42,211 nucleotides of DNA from Octopus bimaculoides (GCF_001194135.2 NC_068990.1:79351623-79393833), one strand, 5' to 3'. Shown: positions 1-11,453, counted from the stretch's first letter. The notes: generated by a model not told the origin, from the sequence alone. Numbers and translations are program-made.

Positions 1-97
1 CTGAAAACACAACGCGACGAAATGTAAACTTTGACACGAAACAATTTAGGAAAGGAACCCCCTTGACCTTTAACGTTCTCTGGCTACACAACATCGC

Positions 98-128
98 CGC
101 CGCCACCACCACCACTACCACCACCACC

Positions 129-165
<37 letters not shown>
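98..165. repeat. Compound (GCC)(ACC)(ACT) trinucleotide microsatellite
   Basis: Direct reading. Confidence 0.9.
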
Positions 166-166
<1 letters not shown>

Positions 167-504
167 AATATTCAAAATTATAAAAGAGGAAGAATATTTT
201 AAAAAACATGTTCCTGTTTTAATGTGCAGCTGCGTCTAACTGCAAAGATCATGCATTCCATGAGGTTAGTTGGTGCAACGTGAATGTGTCACCGACATTA
301 ATGGCTGATAGTTGTGGATGAGGATGAGGTGTCGAAGAGAAATGGCCTGGCAAACACACTTCTCATATGTTTAAATATACTAACAGTAAATACACGTCGT
401 TGATCGGGTAATTACTTTTACTGTTTCTTGGGAGCCGCATTCGAAGTATTATTATATATATAATTTACTTCTGTTTGTGTGTATTTTTATAAGAGAAAAA
501 TATG

Positions 505-797
505 GGATCTTTTTGGTTTGACGAGCAACACTTGTTTTCTTAACGAAACACTTTCAGACTTGGGATACTGGTAGAATGTGTCGTGCCATTAATTGTTTTC
601 ACCTCAATAGACGTCAGTGATTGGTTGAAATTACCGAAATACAACAACTTTTTACATGAAATAACTTCGAATACAAATTTTTTTATCTGTTCTATAATAC
701 AAAATATACAAGTATACGAAGTTTGAAAGTCTTTCGGTACCAAAAACACTACATAAAACATTAATGAAAAACGTTGCCCGTCAAACCAAAAAGATCC
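505..797. mobile_element. MITE, 25-bp TIRs starting GGATC, 8-bp TSD AAAATATG (Merlin-like)
   Basis: TIRs 505-529 and 773-797 (1 mismatch), TSD at 497-504 and 798-805. Superfamily assignment is inference. Confidence 0.85.
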
Positions 798-827
798 AAA
801 ATATGTAATAATTGAAATAGAAAAAAG

Positions 828-1257
828 GGTAATCTTTCAGTTTCGAGAGGTTAAAAAATACAAGGGAAATAACTGAACGTCTTACCAGTATTATCCGTAC
901 TACTTTGTTTATAAATAAATCACGTGATTTGATTGACGTTAACTGTTTATATATAAATCACACACGTGATTGAATATCATAGTTTCTTATGAGAAATCGA
1001 AAATGCCTCGTGGAAGACCGGCTGCACAACATCTAACCCTAACCCTAACCCTAACCCTAACCCTAAACTTTTATTTTAAAAAATTCCGTCGCATGCTGTT
1101 TGTAAAAAGAAAAAAACATTTTAAACTTTTATAAAAAAAATTCCGTCGCATGCTGTTTTAGAGAAAAAGTAGTACGAATAATATTGGTAAGTCGTTCAGT
1201 TATTTCCCTTGAATATTTTTATTTATTTATTTTACCTCTCGATACTGGAAGATTACC
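828..1257. mobile_element. MITE, ~80-bp TIRs starting GGTAAT, 8-bp TSD GAAAAAAG, internal telomeric repeat (Merlin-like)
   Basis: Arms ~828-907 and ~1166-1257 are reverse complements with a small AT-rich insertion. TSD at 820-827 and 1258-1265. Confidence 0.85.
1033..1066. repeat. Interstitial telomeric repeat (CTAACC)5+
   Basis: Five perfect units plus a partial unit. TTAGGG lies on the minus strand. Confidence 0.95.
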
Positions 1258-1632
1258 GAAAAAAGATCAATTTCATACATGAACTTCTGTTTGTTTATTA
1301 TATGACAAAAAGCATTGCACGTCGCGCGTTTGTCTGGTGTTCGTTTTTTGACGGTCTTTTTAGGAGCATTTTTTATTATTATTAGAAATATCAGTAAATA
1401 ATAGTGAAATTTAAATTAGAAATGCTGTGTCCTATCAGTGTTAGTGCTGAAATTCCGACGCTACATTACAGGAATGGAAGGCAACAGTAAGTAACAGTCC
1501 AACGAAATTACAAATGCTGGATCCGGTCAGTCAGATTTAGTTTTACACGTCTTGTATGTGTGTATTATATAAGAGAAAAATGTAACAATTGAAATAGGTA
1601 AAAGATGGATTTCATATACGAACTTCTGTTTG

Positions 1633-1852
1633 TTCTTCAAGTTGCAATCCAGCAACTTTTAGTGTGTGGCCCCCAAGTTTTATTAATGCTCATGGCAAAA
1701 GAAAGTGGGATAGAAAACTGAAAGGGCTTAAATTTGAATGGGACATAAGGTGATGTAACTGGTATGCGAGGAACGAAGACGGTGTCACGTTCACCACAAC
1801 CAGTGAGAACATTTGCCTCAATGCAGTTACTCATAGGTTTGTGCACAATTAG
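1633..1852 (-). mobile_element. Helitron PIF1-like helicase C-terminal remnant (frameshifted)
   Basis: LIVHKPMSNCIEANVLTGC..DTVFVPRIP..PFKFKPFQFSIPLSFAMSINK, then after a 1-nt shift GHTLKVAGLQLEE. This matches the Helitron helicase motif FAMTINKxQGQTLKVxGL. Confidence 0.85.
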
Positions 1853-2039
1853 TGTTGCCCTCCTTGAACCATTTACTTTCATTTTATGGGACAAACAAAC
1901 ACACAAACGAACAGAATCTCTCTTTTATATATATTGATATAAGCAAACTTTGGAAGCGTGGAATGTGTTGGTTTTTACAGACAAGAAAGGCAGCTATGAG
2001 CCGTCTTTTAAGGGTAAATACCCAATATTTCTCTGCTGC

Positions 2040-2071
<32 letters not shown>

Positions 2072-2627
2072 CATACATACATACATACAGACAGACAGAC
2101 AGAAAAACAAATGACAGGTGTATAAACAACAAGCAGGTGTATTAGTTTGACGCTCGGAAAGGTGAGAAAGTCTCTTACGTTTCGAGCCTACGCTCCTCAA
2201 TAGAAAGGAACACTAGGAAGAGAGATTTGTAGTTCAAAAAGGTTCAAGCGTGGTGGTGTATTGAAGCGATTTTTCATCAACAGAAGAGTCCAGTGAAATC
2301 CATAGGTATATTCAGTAGTAATAATCTAAGTAAGAAAATTCAAAAGGTGTGAGGAGAAGAAAAAGAAGAAAAAAAGAAGAGAAAGAAGAAACGGAGAGAA
2401 AAAGAGAAGAAAAGACCAAAGGAAATGAGAGAGAGAGAGAGAGAGAGAGAAGTAAAGTAACAAAGTACGGAGTAAGAAAAACAGAGTACAGGTAGTGGGA
2501 AGTCCGAAGTGTAGGAGGTTGAAGCAGGATAAAACTGGTACGACCATGTAAGCGTACAATATATAGTTGAAAATTTCCAGAAGAGCAAAGGACGAAGACA
2601 AGTGTATCAATAACAAGCATATATATA

Positions 2628-3025
2628 CTCTTTTACTCTTTTACTTGTTTCAGTCATTTGACTGCGGCCATGCTGGAGCACCGCCTTTAGTCGAGAAGAT
2701 CGACCCCAGGACTTATTCTTTGTAAGCCTAGTACTTATTCTATCGGTCTCTTTTTGCCGAACCGCTAAGTTACGGGGACGTAGACACACCAGCATCGGTT
2801 GTCAAGCGATGTTGGGGGGACAAACACAAGCACACATACATATATATACATATACATATATACGACGAGCTTCTTTCAGTTTCCGTCTACCAAATCCACT
2901 CACAAGGCTTTGGTCGGCCCGAGGCTATAGCAGAAAACACTTACCCAAGGTGCCACGCAGTGGGACTGAACACGGAACTATGTGGTTGGTAAGCATGCTA
3001 CTTACCACACAGCCACTCCTGCGCC
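2628..3025 (-). mobile_element. tRNA-derived SINE, family A, near full length
   Basis: tRNA-like head at the 3025 end, central microsatellite, 3' tail (GTAAAAGA)n. Homologous copies at 5704, 13150, 25705-26452, 29790 and 38495. Confidence 0.85.
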
Positions 3026-3404
3026 TAAAAAAATAAATAAATACTCGCTCTAGGTGCTATGCTGTGAGACTGAACTCTTAATCATAGTGCTGGGAAATAA
3101 ACTTCTTACCACACAACCGCGCAAATCATGGTCTTTCTCCTCAACACGAAGAACTATCAGGAGCGGAGGCGAATACGTACTGGGGATGGGGGAAAGAAGA
3201 GAGAACTAACACTCGATCGTTTTAGAAGTCCCAGAATAAAAACGTAAAGACCTATTTTATTACTAAATGTCTTTCTCTCTTCTTCATTGTTAAAAGTGAA
3301 GAAGCTATGATCGATCGTATTTCAGCCTAATTTGTCATTTTAAATGACTGGGGCGTTCCTTTCTCTGTCTCTATCGCTTCACTCCTTTTCTCTACGGTTA
3401 AGGG

Positions 3405-3588
3405 AGAGAAGGTGCGTGGCTCAGTGGTTAGGGGTATTCGGCCCATGATTGTAAAGTCATGAGTACAATTCTCTGTGGCATGGTGTGTTCCTGAGCAAGG
3501 TACTCTACTTCATCTTGCTGCAGTTCACTCAGATGAGTTGTCGGTGTAATTCAGAGGGGCCAGCCTTGTCGCATTCTGTGTGAGGCTG
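3405..3588 (+). mobile_element. tRNA-derived SINE, family C, 5' part
   Basis: Head GGTGCGTGGCTCAGTGGTTAGGG with degraded B box, homologous to the minus-strand copy at 34887-35190. Confidence 0.7.
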
Positions 3589-3638
3589 ACAGACAGACAG
3601 ACAGACAGACAGACGACAGACAGACAGACAGACAGTTA

Positions 3639-3677
<39 letters not shown>

Positions 3678-5224
3678 CAAAAAATATATATGCATGTATA
3701 CACACATATATGTATATACTTTCATCTACATGTGTATATAGATGCATATCAGGGTNNNNNNNNNNNNNNNNNNNNNNNNNNNNNNNNNNNNNNNNNNNNN
3801 NNNNNNNNNNNNNNNNNNNNNNNNNNNNNNNNNNNNNNNNNNNNNNNNNNNNNNNNNNNNNNNNNNNNNNNNNNNNNNNNNNNNNNNNNNNNNNNNNNNN
3901 NNNNNNNNNNNNNNNNNNNNNNNNNNNNNNNNNNNNNNNNNNNNNNNNNNNNNNNNNNNNNNNNNNNNNNNNNNNNNNNNNNNNNNNNNNNNNNNNNNNN
4001 NNNNNNNNNNNNNNNNNNNNNNNNNNNNNNNNNNNNNNNNNNNNNNNNNNNNNNNNNNNNNNNNNNNNNNNNNNNNNNNNNNNNNNNNNNNNNNNNNNNN
4101 NNNNNNNNNNNNNNNNNNNNNNNNNNNNNNNNNNNNNNNNNNNNNNNNNNNNNNNNNNNNNNNNNNNNNNNNNNNNNNNNNNNNNNNNNNNNNNNNNNNN
4201 NNNNNNNNNNNNNNNNNNNNNNNNNNNNNNNNNNNNNNNNNNNNNNNNNNNNNNNNNNNNNNNNNNNNNNNNNNNNNNNNNNNNNNNNNNNNNNNNNNNN
4301 NNNNNNNNNNNNNNNNNNNNNNNNNNNNNNNNNNNNNNNNNNNNNNNNNNNNNNNNNNNNNNNNNNNNNNNGGGAGTGAGTGAAAGTATAAGTGTAGAAA
4401 GGGAGAGTTGGGTGACAGGTGAGTGATGAAAGACAAGAGTGAGAAAGAGATAGAAAAAGGTAGGTTAAAGAAATTAGTGATAGTGTGAGGGAGTTTATAT
4501 AAGATAAAGTGAAAGGGGCAGAATTATTACGAAAGAATTAATGAGGAGAGAAGATAAACACATTCCACACATATATATATAGAGAGAGAAAGTGAGTGAG
4601 TGAGTGAGTGAGTGAGTGAGAAAGAAACGCAAAGAAATATGGAGAGAGAGAGAAAGGAGAAATGCGGAGGGAAGAAAAAGGAAAGTGATAGAGTGAGAGA
4701 GAAAGAGAATAAAAGTGAAGAGAGATTGAGAGAGAGAGAGAGAGAAAGAGATAAAGAGTATGATGCGATGATGGTGAGAGAATCATGGATACAGAATTGT
4801 GTGTGTGTGTGTGTGCGTGTATTTTATTATTAATGACAAGGTAAGTTGATGTGGTAAATGCATTTGGCTAAACAGCGACATCAGTTCTTTGTCGAATCCC
4901 GCGAACAATTTTACACTCGACTCTTTTTTAACCTGGCAGCAGAGGAGGAAGAAGAAGCAAATTCTTCTCCCTCTTTCTTTCCTTACTGCTTTCTCTTTCT
5001 TTCTTTCTTCCTTTCTTCTTTTTTTCTGTTCATACATTCATTATTCTTTCTTTCTTTCCCTTCTTCCATTACTTCCTTCTTCCTTTTTCTTCTCTCCCCC
5101 TCTCTCTCTCTCTGTTTCTTTCTCTCTCCCCCCTCACTGCCGCCTGTTGTCTGTTCTTCGTATTTGTCGTTGTTAGTCGTCGTGGTCGTCATCATCATCA
5201 TCATAATTGTTGTGTGAGATAGAC

Positions 5225-5255
<31 letters not shown>

Positions 5256-5703
5256 TATGGTGGAGAGACCGGGAAAAGAGAGACAGGAAAGAAGAAGAAG
5301 AAGAAGAAGAAGAAGAAGAAGAAGAAGAAGAAGGGGAGGAGGATAGCATGGTGGTCGTGGCTGTGTGGTTAAGAAATTCGTTCGCCGGCANNNNNNNNNN
5401 NNNNNNNNNNNNNNNNNNNNNNNNNNNNNNNNNNNNNNNNNNNNNNNNNNNNNNNNNNNNNNNNNNNNNNNNNNNNNNNNNNNNNNNNNNNNNNNNNNNN
5501 NNNNNNNNNNNNNNNNNNNNNNNNNNNNNNNNNNNNNNNNNNNNNNNNNNNNNNNNNNNNNNNNNNNNNNNNNNNNNNNNNNNNNNNNNNNNNNNNNNNN
5601 NNNNNNNNNNNNNNNNNNNNNNNNNNNNNNNNNNNNNNNNNNNNNNNGTATGTATGGATGGGCGTATGAATGTGTAGGTATGAATGCATGTATGTGTTTA
5701 TAT

Positions 5704-6187
5704 TCTTTTTACTTCTTTCAGTCATTTGACTGCGGCCATGCTGGAGCACTGCGTTTAGTCGAGCAAATCGACCCCTGGCCTTATTCTTTGTTAGTCTAGT
5801 ACTTACTCCATCGGGCTCTTTTGCCGAACCGCTAAGTTACGGGGACGTAAACGCACCAGCATCGGTTGTCAAGAGATGTTGGAGGGACAAACACACACAC
5901 ACACACACAGACACACAAACATACGTACACACACACACACACACGTACAAATATATATATACACACACGACGGGCTTCTTTCAGTTTCCGTCTACCAAAT
6001 CCACTCACAAGGCTTTGGTCGACTGAGTGAGAGAATTAGAGAGGTATGGTGTAGAGACCGGGCAAAGAGAGACAGGAAGAAGAAGAAGAAGAAGAAGAAG
6101 AAGAAGAAGAAGAAGAAGAAGAGGCTATTATAGAAGACACTCACCCAAGTGGGACTGAACCTGGAACCATATGGTTGGTAAGCCACC
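5704..6187 (-). mobile_element. SINE family A, interrupted by a ~100-bp insertion
   Basis: Colinear with 2628-3025, with foreign sequence at ~6022-6121. Confidence 0.85.
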
Positions 6188-6485
6188 ATCATCATTTAAC
6201 GTCTGTTTTTCATGCTGGCGTTGGCTGGATAGTTTGACAGAAGCTGACCACCTGAAGAGCTGTTCATGCGCCATGTTTGTTTTGGCTCCAGCATTTACGA
6301 GCCCGCAAGGAGTTGCAAGGAACGAGACTACGCAAGGGCAATTACGTTTTTACTTAGCTTGACATGTCTTTTCAAGCACGGCAAACCACCAGGAGTCTTG
6401 GTCCCCTGTCAACCCCTCCGTGAACCCCGACGTTTCTAGATCCTTTCTCACCACTTCATCCCCATCCCACGTGTCTTCCTGGGAA
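6188..6485 (-). mobile_element. RTE-type LINE 3' end
   Basis: DTWD..EVVRKDLETSGFTEGLTGDQDSWWFAVLEKT* resembles the RTE ORF terminus (KTWxEVVxxDL...DRxxWR), followed by a 3' UTR and a (GAT)n tail. Confidence 0.75.
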
Positions 6486-6877
6486 GATGTGTGTGTGTGT
6501 GTGAATGCATGTATGTATCTACGTAAGTTTGTATATTTTTTAACCGAAAGAAAATAGCAAAAGTGACTCGAGGGCCGTGGGTTTCGTGCACGGTCCTTTG
6601 CCAAGAAGTATCTCCGCCAACTCTGCTGCCGAGTCCTATTTTCTGCCACGTCTCAGCAGCGATGGCAGCCTGAGATACTGCAATTGAGAAAATTTTTTAA
6701 ATCCATTTTCGCAACCCACCCAGTGTTCATCTTTACCCCATTACTCAACTTTTTGCCTCCCCACTTTGCAGGCGGATGCTTAGTTTAGAAATACTTCCAG
6801 TTGTTTCAAACGGGCATGACCACCACTCCTGATGGTGTCTCCTTCATTACACTCAAATAATGGTTCAAATGTTAGCA

Positions 6878-7055
6878 CAAGGCCAGCAATCTCAGGGAAG
6901 GTAGGGTCTTGTCGATCGCATCGACCACAGAGCCCAACTTATTTTATCGGCCCCGAAGGACGAAAAGCAAAGTCGACCTCAACGGCACTCGAACTCAACG
7001 TAAGAACGGACGAAATACCGCTAAGCATTTTGTCCGGTGTGCCAACGATTCTGCT
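6878..7055 (-). mobile_element. tRNA-derived SINE, family B
   Basis: Homologous to copies at 9469, 20475, 20805, 28053, 36897 and 41150. Confidence 0.8.
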
Positions 7056-7069
7056 TTTAAGCTGCTTTT

Positions 7070-7700
7070 AATTACACCCGAATATTTCTCCATCCTCCCA
7101 TCGATCTTTCCCGACGCTCACCGAATACTTCATCTCTCCAGTTTTACAGTGGAATCATACCCTCCTAATTTTGGGGAATACTCTGCATTGAGCCCTCTTT
7201 CCAAAGAACAGCAACTCCTTTGACCCCGTTAACAAGGCCCTGTTTTACCTCTAAATTTCTAATTTAATGGACATACACCTATCAACAATAATTTTCTCCA
7301 ATACCATAGATCTTTTTCTCTTTGCCCCCCCCCCTCTCTGTCTCCTCAATGACTATCAGTACAACTTTCATAGAGCCAAATTCACTGGTGACCAACGTTA
7401 TTATGTTACCCACCATTCTGCTTTTGCCTTTAGAAATTCGTTGTGTTGCCCTCGACGTCGGCAAAGCACTCTGTTGTTTCTGACATGCCAATCTCCGATG
7501 GAAACTTCCTGTCTATAGGTTCCACCCTTCTCTCATCTCTGAGTTCAATTGCTTCTTACCAGATCGCACCATTGCGGCTTGTCTTCCAGTTCTACTCTCA
7601 ATAGACTCTGATACAGCCCAGGTTTCGGTCCCTGCCTTATTAAGACGACTTATCTGTTGCGGATCTAATAGAAAGGCAGAAGACACCAGAAGCAAAAATA
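7070..7700 (-). mobile_element. Degraded non-LTR retrotransposon (ORF1 end / APE-like remnant)
   Basis: Broken frames with VVLIVIEETE and GVAVLWK, reminiscent of APE motifs. Many stops. Confidence 0.35.
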
Positions 7701-8272
7701 AGGAATATACACGACGTACAGTTAAATAGAGAAGTGTAAAGTATAATCTCTATAATAAACATGATATTGAATGGAATAATTCCCCGTTTGAACTTTTTTT
7801 TAACTACATACATGTGTGTATGTGTGTGTGTGTGTGTGTGCGTGTGTGTGGTAGAAATCTACGGATGCACAAACGCACAAAACGGAGCAAATGAAAAAAA
7901 TATGGACGGCTTGTTCAGAAACACCCTTGAGTTAGGGAACAATTCTCAAAATCCTCGGAATCTATATAGTCCGAAGTATATTTGTAGAGAATTTCATTAA
8001 AAAAATATCCATTTTCGTAAAAGTTAAGACGAATTGAAGTGGACTGCGATGAATTTCCCAAAATTCCCCCACTCCAACCCCTCCTAAAATACTTTTTTCC
8101 CCAAAAAATTTCGAATATTCGGAATCTACATGATATAACAAATATTCGTAGACAATTTCATTAAGAATATCCATTTTTCTGAAAGTTATGATCATCCAAA
8201 GTCGGGAGCGCAGAAATCTGTAGTGATCTCGATTCAAAAATGTATAAAACGAGTCATGCAAGTAAAAAAAAG

Positions 8273-8497
8273 GGATCTATTTCAAAACGGGGGCACCAGT
8301 ATTTTCTTAACGAAACACTAACGAAACACTTTATCGAAATAAGACAATTTTTTACATGAAATAAATTCGAATACAAAATTTTTTTTCTGTTCTATAACAC
8401 AAAATAGATAAGTATACGAAGTTTGAAAGTCTTTCGGTACCAAAAACACTACATAAAACATAAATGAAAACTGGTGCCCCCGTTTTGAAATAGATCG
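8273..8497. mobile_element. MITE, 27-bp TIRs, 8-bp TSD AAAAAAAG (Merlin-like), core shared with 505-797
   Basis: Perfect inverted repeat 8274-8300 / 8470-8496, TSD at 8265-8272 and 8498-8505. Confidence 0.85.
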
Positions 8498-9468
8498 AAA
8501 AAAAGTTCATCAATATCCAGAGGAATATTTAAAATTTGGATTGATACTCGCTATCTACGATAAACTGTTACCAAGTTATGGGCGAAAAACTAGGATCCTG
8601 TGAATTTTCCGATGTCCTCTCCCCACACCACGGAAAAGATTTTCCCACGAATTTCTTTATAATCGTAATCTATGCCGGTTGAAAGGTATTTATATAAAAA
8701 TTTCATCAAAAAAATGGACACCATTTTCCTAAAAGTTGAGGGAAAAACTCGGATCTTGTGAATTTTCCGAAGTCCTCTCCTCACCCTCCCGTTGATTTCC
8801 GCGCATTTTTTCTTTTTTTTTATACATATTCGTTTCCTACACATTTTTGTTACATCCGTTGCACTAGTTTTTTCTTTTATTCCGTTTCTGGGTGATATTG
8901 TAAACATGAACGAAATTTTGAATAACAAAAATGAAATACCACAAGGAAGCATCAGGATTTTAGTAATGATTCGGTGGGGCATGGCCAAAAATCGGTTGGG
9001 AACCACTGCTTCAAACGGTGCTGTGGATAACAAGGACCGGAACAGGGAAAGAATCCACCGTAGTTTTGCCATATTTATTAACAGGAAACATAGAAGAGAT
9101 ACACCTAAGGAAGATAAAAGAGGCTAAATCGGCTCAGCAGGAACGGACTTCCGAGCACGTATCGGACACCATGTGCCGCCTTCTTTTTCCCCATGTGATG
9201 TCGTTGGTCATCGTCGACAACGACAGACTAATTAATAATAGAAAGTTGGATCAGAGATCAAACCCCCCAACATTTTGGAGGACCCACCCCCACCACCACC
9301 TCTATTCAAAGGAAGTTATGAATATCTCACGTTTTGCAGGAGACCTGTTAAAGTTTGAAATCAAAGAAGCTACGCTATTTTACATTATATTTCTGGTTGC
9401 TATTTGTAATGAATTATTTTCACGTCTAAACCAAACGTCATGATTTTCCATATTATCTCATACACGAA

Positions 9469-9640
9469 GGAGGCGAGCTGGCAGAACTGTTAGCATGCCA
9501 GGCAAAATTCTCAACAGCATTTTGTCCGTCTTTACGTTCTGAGATCAAATTCCGCCGAGGTTTACTTTGCCTTTAATTCTTTCGGGGTTTCTAAGTACCA
9601 AGTGAGCCCTGGGGTCAATGTAATCGACTTAACACCCTCT
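9469..9640 (+). mobile_element. SINE family B
   Basis: Head GGAGGCGAGCTGGCAGAA and body shared with other copies. Confidence 0.8.
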
Positions 9641-9824
9641 CTGAAAGCGTTCGCATTGTGCAAACATTTGAAACCAATACTATCAAACAACCTTAATAAT
9701 AATCCCTACCTTTAGCATATATATTTAGCTTCGTTTCATACTAACATACTTGTACAGGTGTGCTGCAGATACAAAAATTGAAACCACTTAAAAAAGCAAA
9801 TAATAAAGAAAAAAAAAACTGGAC

Positions 9825-9896
9825 CTCCCCGGCGGGGAATCGAACCCCGGTCTCCCGCGTGACAGGCGGGGATACTTACCACTATACTACCGAGGA
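9825..9896 (-). tRNA. tRNA-Asp(GTC)
   Basis: 72 nt cloverleaf TCCTCGGTAGTATAGTGGTAAGTATCCCCGCCTGTCACGCGGGAGACCGGGGTTCGATTCCCCGCCGGGGAG, intact A/B boxes, long oligo-T terminator ~7 nt downstream. Confidence 0.97.
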
Positions 9897-10678
9897 CAGG
9901 CCGAAAGCGGAAGGGAAATTAACATTTATAAAATTATAGAAATTATTTGACCCCCCCCATCATAATAATTTTGTAATCAATAATTTTTATTTTTTTATAC
10001 GATAAAACTGTTAGCTCATTAAAAACATCATCGTGTTAAATTATAATCTCCATTACAAGTTATATTTAGCTTTATTTCCCATCATCCTCTTTCACAGGCC
10101 TATGTCAGTGTGTGTGTGTGTTGTCCGTCCATGGCTTTCATTGTTTTACTTTAAAAGCATTATTCTTTCTCTCGCCGTTTTTCTTTTGTTTTCAGAGAAA
10201 AGTCGACAGTTTCACCAAATTATGTCGATAAAATATGCAAATAGAAATATATATAACGTCATTACGTTCAACAACAATGATATCTTTATGATAGTTCTGT
10301 TTAATTATGTTTATACTAAACAGGACAAATGAAATAATTTAAGAGTTTAATAACTTCAACGGCATTAATTATCTTTCGAAAGAGAATTAATTAATATTCC
10401 TTCAAGTTTTAAATTTTATGACGGTTTATTCATTTATAATCGAGGTCTGTCCCAGTTTACGTTGGAAGTCAACGAAAACACAATTATAATCATAAAGATG
10501 GGAAATTATTGAAAAATCCTTCTCGAAATATGCTTATAACACTTAAATGTAAAAATAACAGTGAAAATATGGTGAACTGCAATAAAATATAAGGAAAATT
10601 CATTTAAGAGATAATAAATATTGAAGACTTGACGTGAGTAAAGTACAATATAGCATTTTAGGCATCAGTTTGCCAGCT

Positions 10679-10762
10679 GTCAGGATGGCCGAGCGGTCTA
10701 AGGCGCTGCGTTCAGGTCGCAGTCGGGTCTTCCCGGCGTGGGTTCGAATCCCACTTCTGACA
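10679..10762 (+). tRNA. tRNA-Leu(CAG)
   Basis: 84 nt class II cloverleaf, anticodon loop TTCAGGT, variable arm CGGG-TCTT-CCCG, T5 tract from 10771. Confidence 0.97.
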
Positions 10763-11024
10763 AGAATTTATTTTTGTTTTTTATTTTTTTAAATACTTTG
10801 CTGGCCTCGTACACAAGGAGTAGAATTGTCATTTGATCAGTCCACATCTCACATTTCCTTTTACACCAGCACCGAGAAAAATCGTCGCTTAATGAGACAC
10901 ACTCGGCTAGCAGTCATGCTGCAATAAAATGTAATTAAAAGCAAAATGTGACAAATATTCATATGAAAATCAAGTTAAAAAAAAATGTGTGCGAAAATTT
11001 CTTTTAAAAAAGAAGATCAGTCAT

Positions 11025-11031
11025 CGTCCCT

Positions 11032-11092
<61 letters not shown>

Positions 11093-11098
11093 AGAGAC
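11025..11098 (-). tRNA. tRNA-Asn(GTT)
   Basis: 74 nt cloverleaf GTCTCTGTGGCGCAATCGG...CTGTTAA...GGTTCAAGCCCACCCAGGGACG, T6 terminator downstream. Confidence 0.97.
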
Positions 11099-11397
11099 CG
11101 ACACGAAATCCGATTCTCATATAATTATATTGTAGTTTTGGTTATTGATATGCCTCCCCACCCCCACCCTACTGATGGATTACTAAGCTGGGACATTTAA
11201 TTATTTTCTTCCGTTCTTTTATCTGAATAATTTGGCAATTTGTCTTTTGTGTCTTTCGTTTATCACGGAGCACACACCATATCGTTTCCGAAACCATATC
11301 ATCGTTTCTCTAATCCATATTATCGTCTTTAAGCGCTCAGTTTTTTTACCAATACTGATTAGAAATTTTGCCGTGTTTTAATAAGGATCTTTTTATA

Positions 11398-11453
<56 letters not shown>

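Noticed and set aside
200-420. Non-repetitive-looking stretch at the window start, possible exon or promoter
   Set aside because: No ORF, splice pair or motif set that I can support.
3690-4436. Long ORFs across N-runs (also at 5207-5799, 12516-13246, 17567-18149, 30776-31003, 37672-37936)
   Set aside because: Artefacts of assembly gaps at 3756-4371, 5391-5647, 12654-13035, 17727-17977, 30801-30900, 34446-34456 and 37695-37837. The two gaps inside EED hide no exon because the protein is continuous.
10985-11200. 71-aa ORF containing SSLGGLEPPTFRLTAERANRLRHRD
   Set aside because: Antisense translation of tRNA-Asn.
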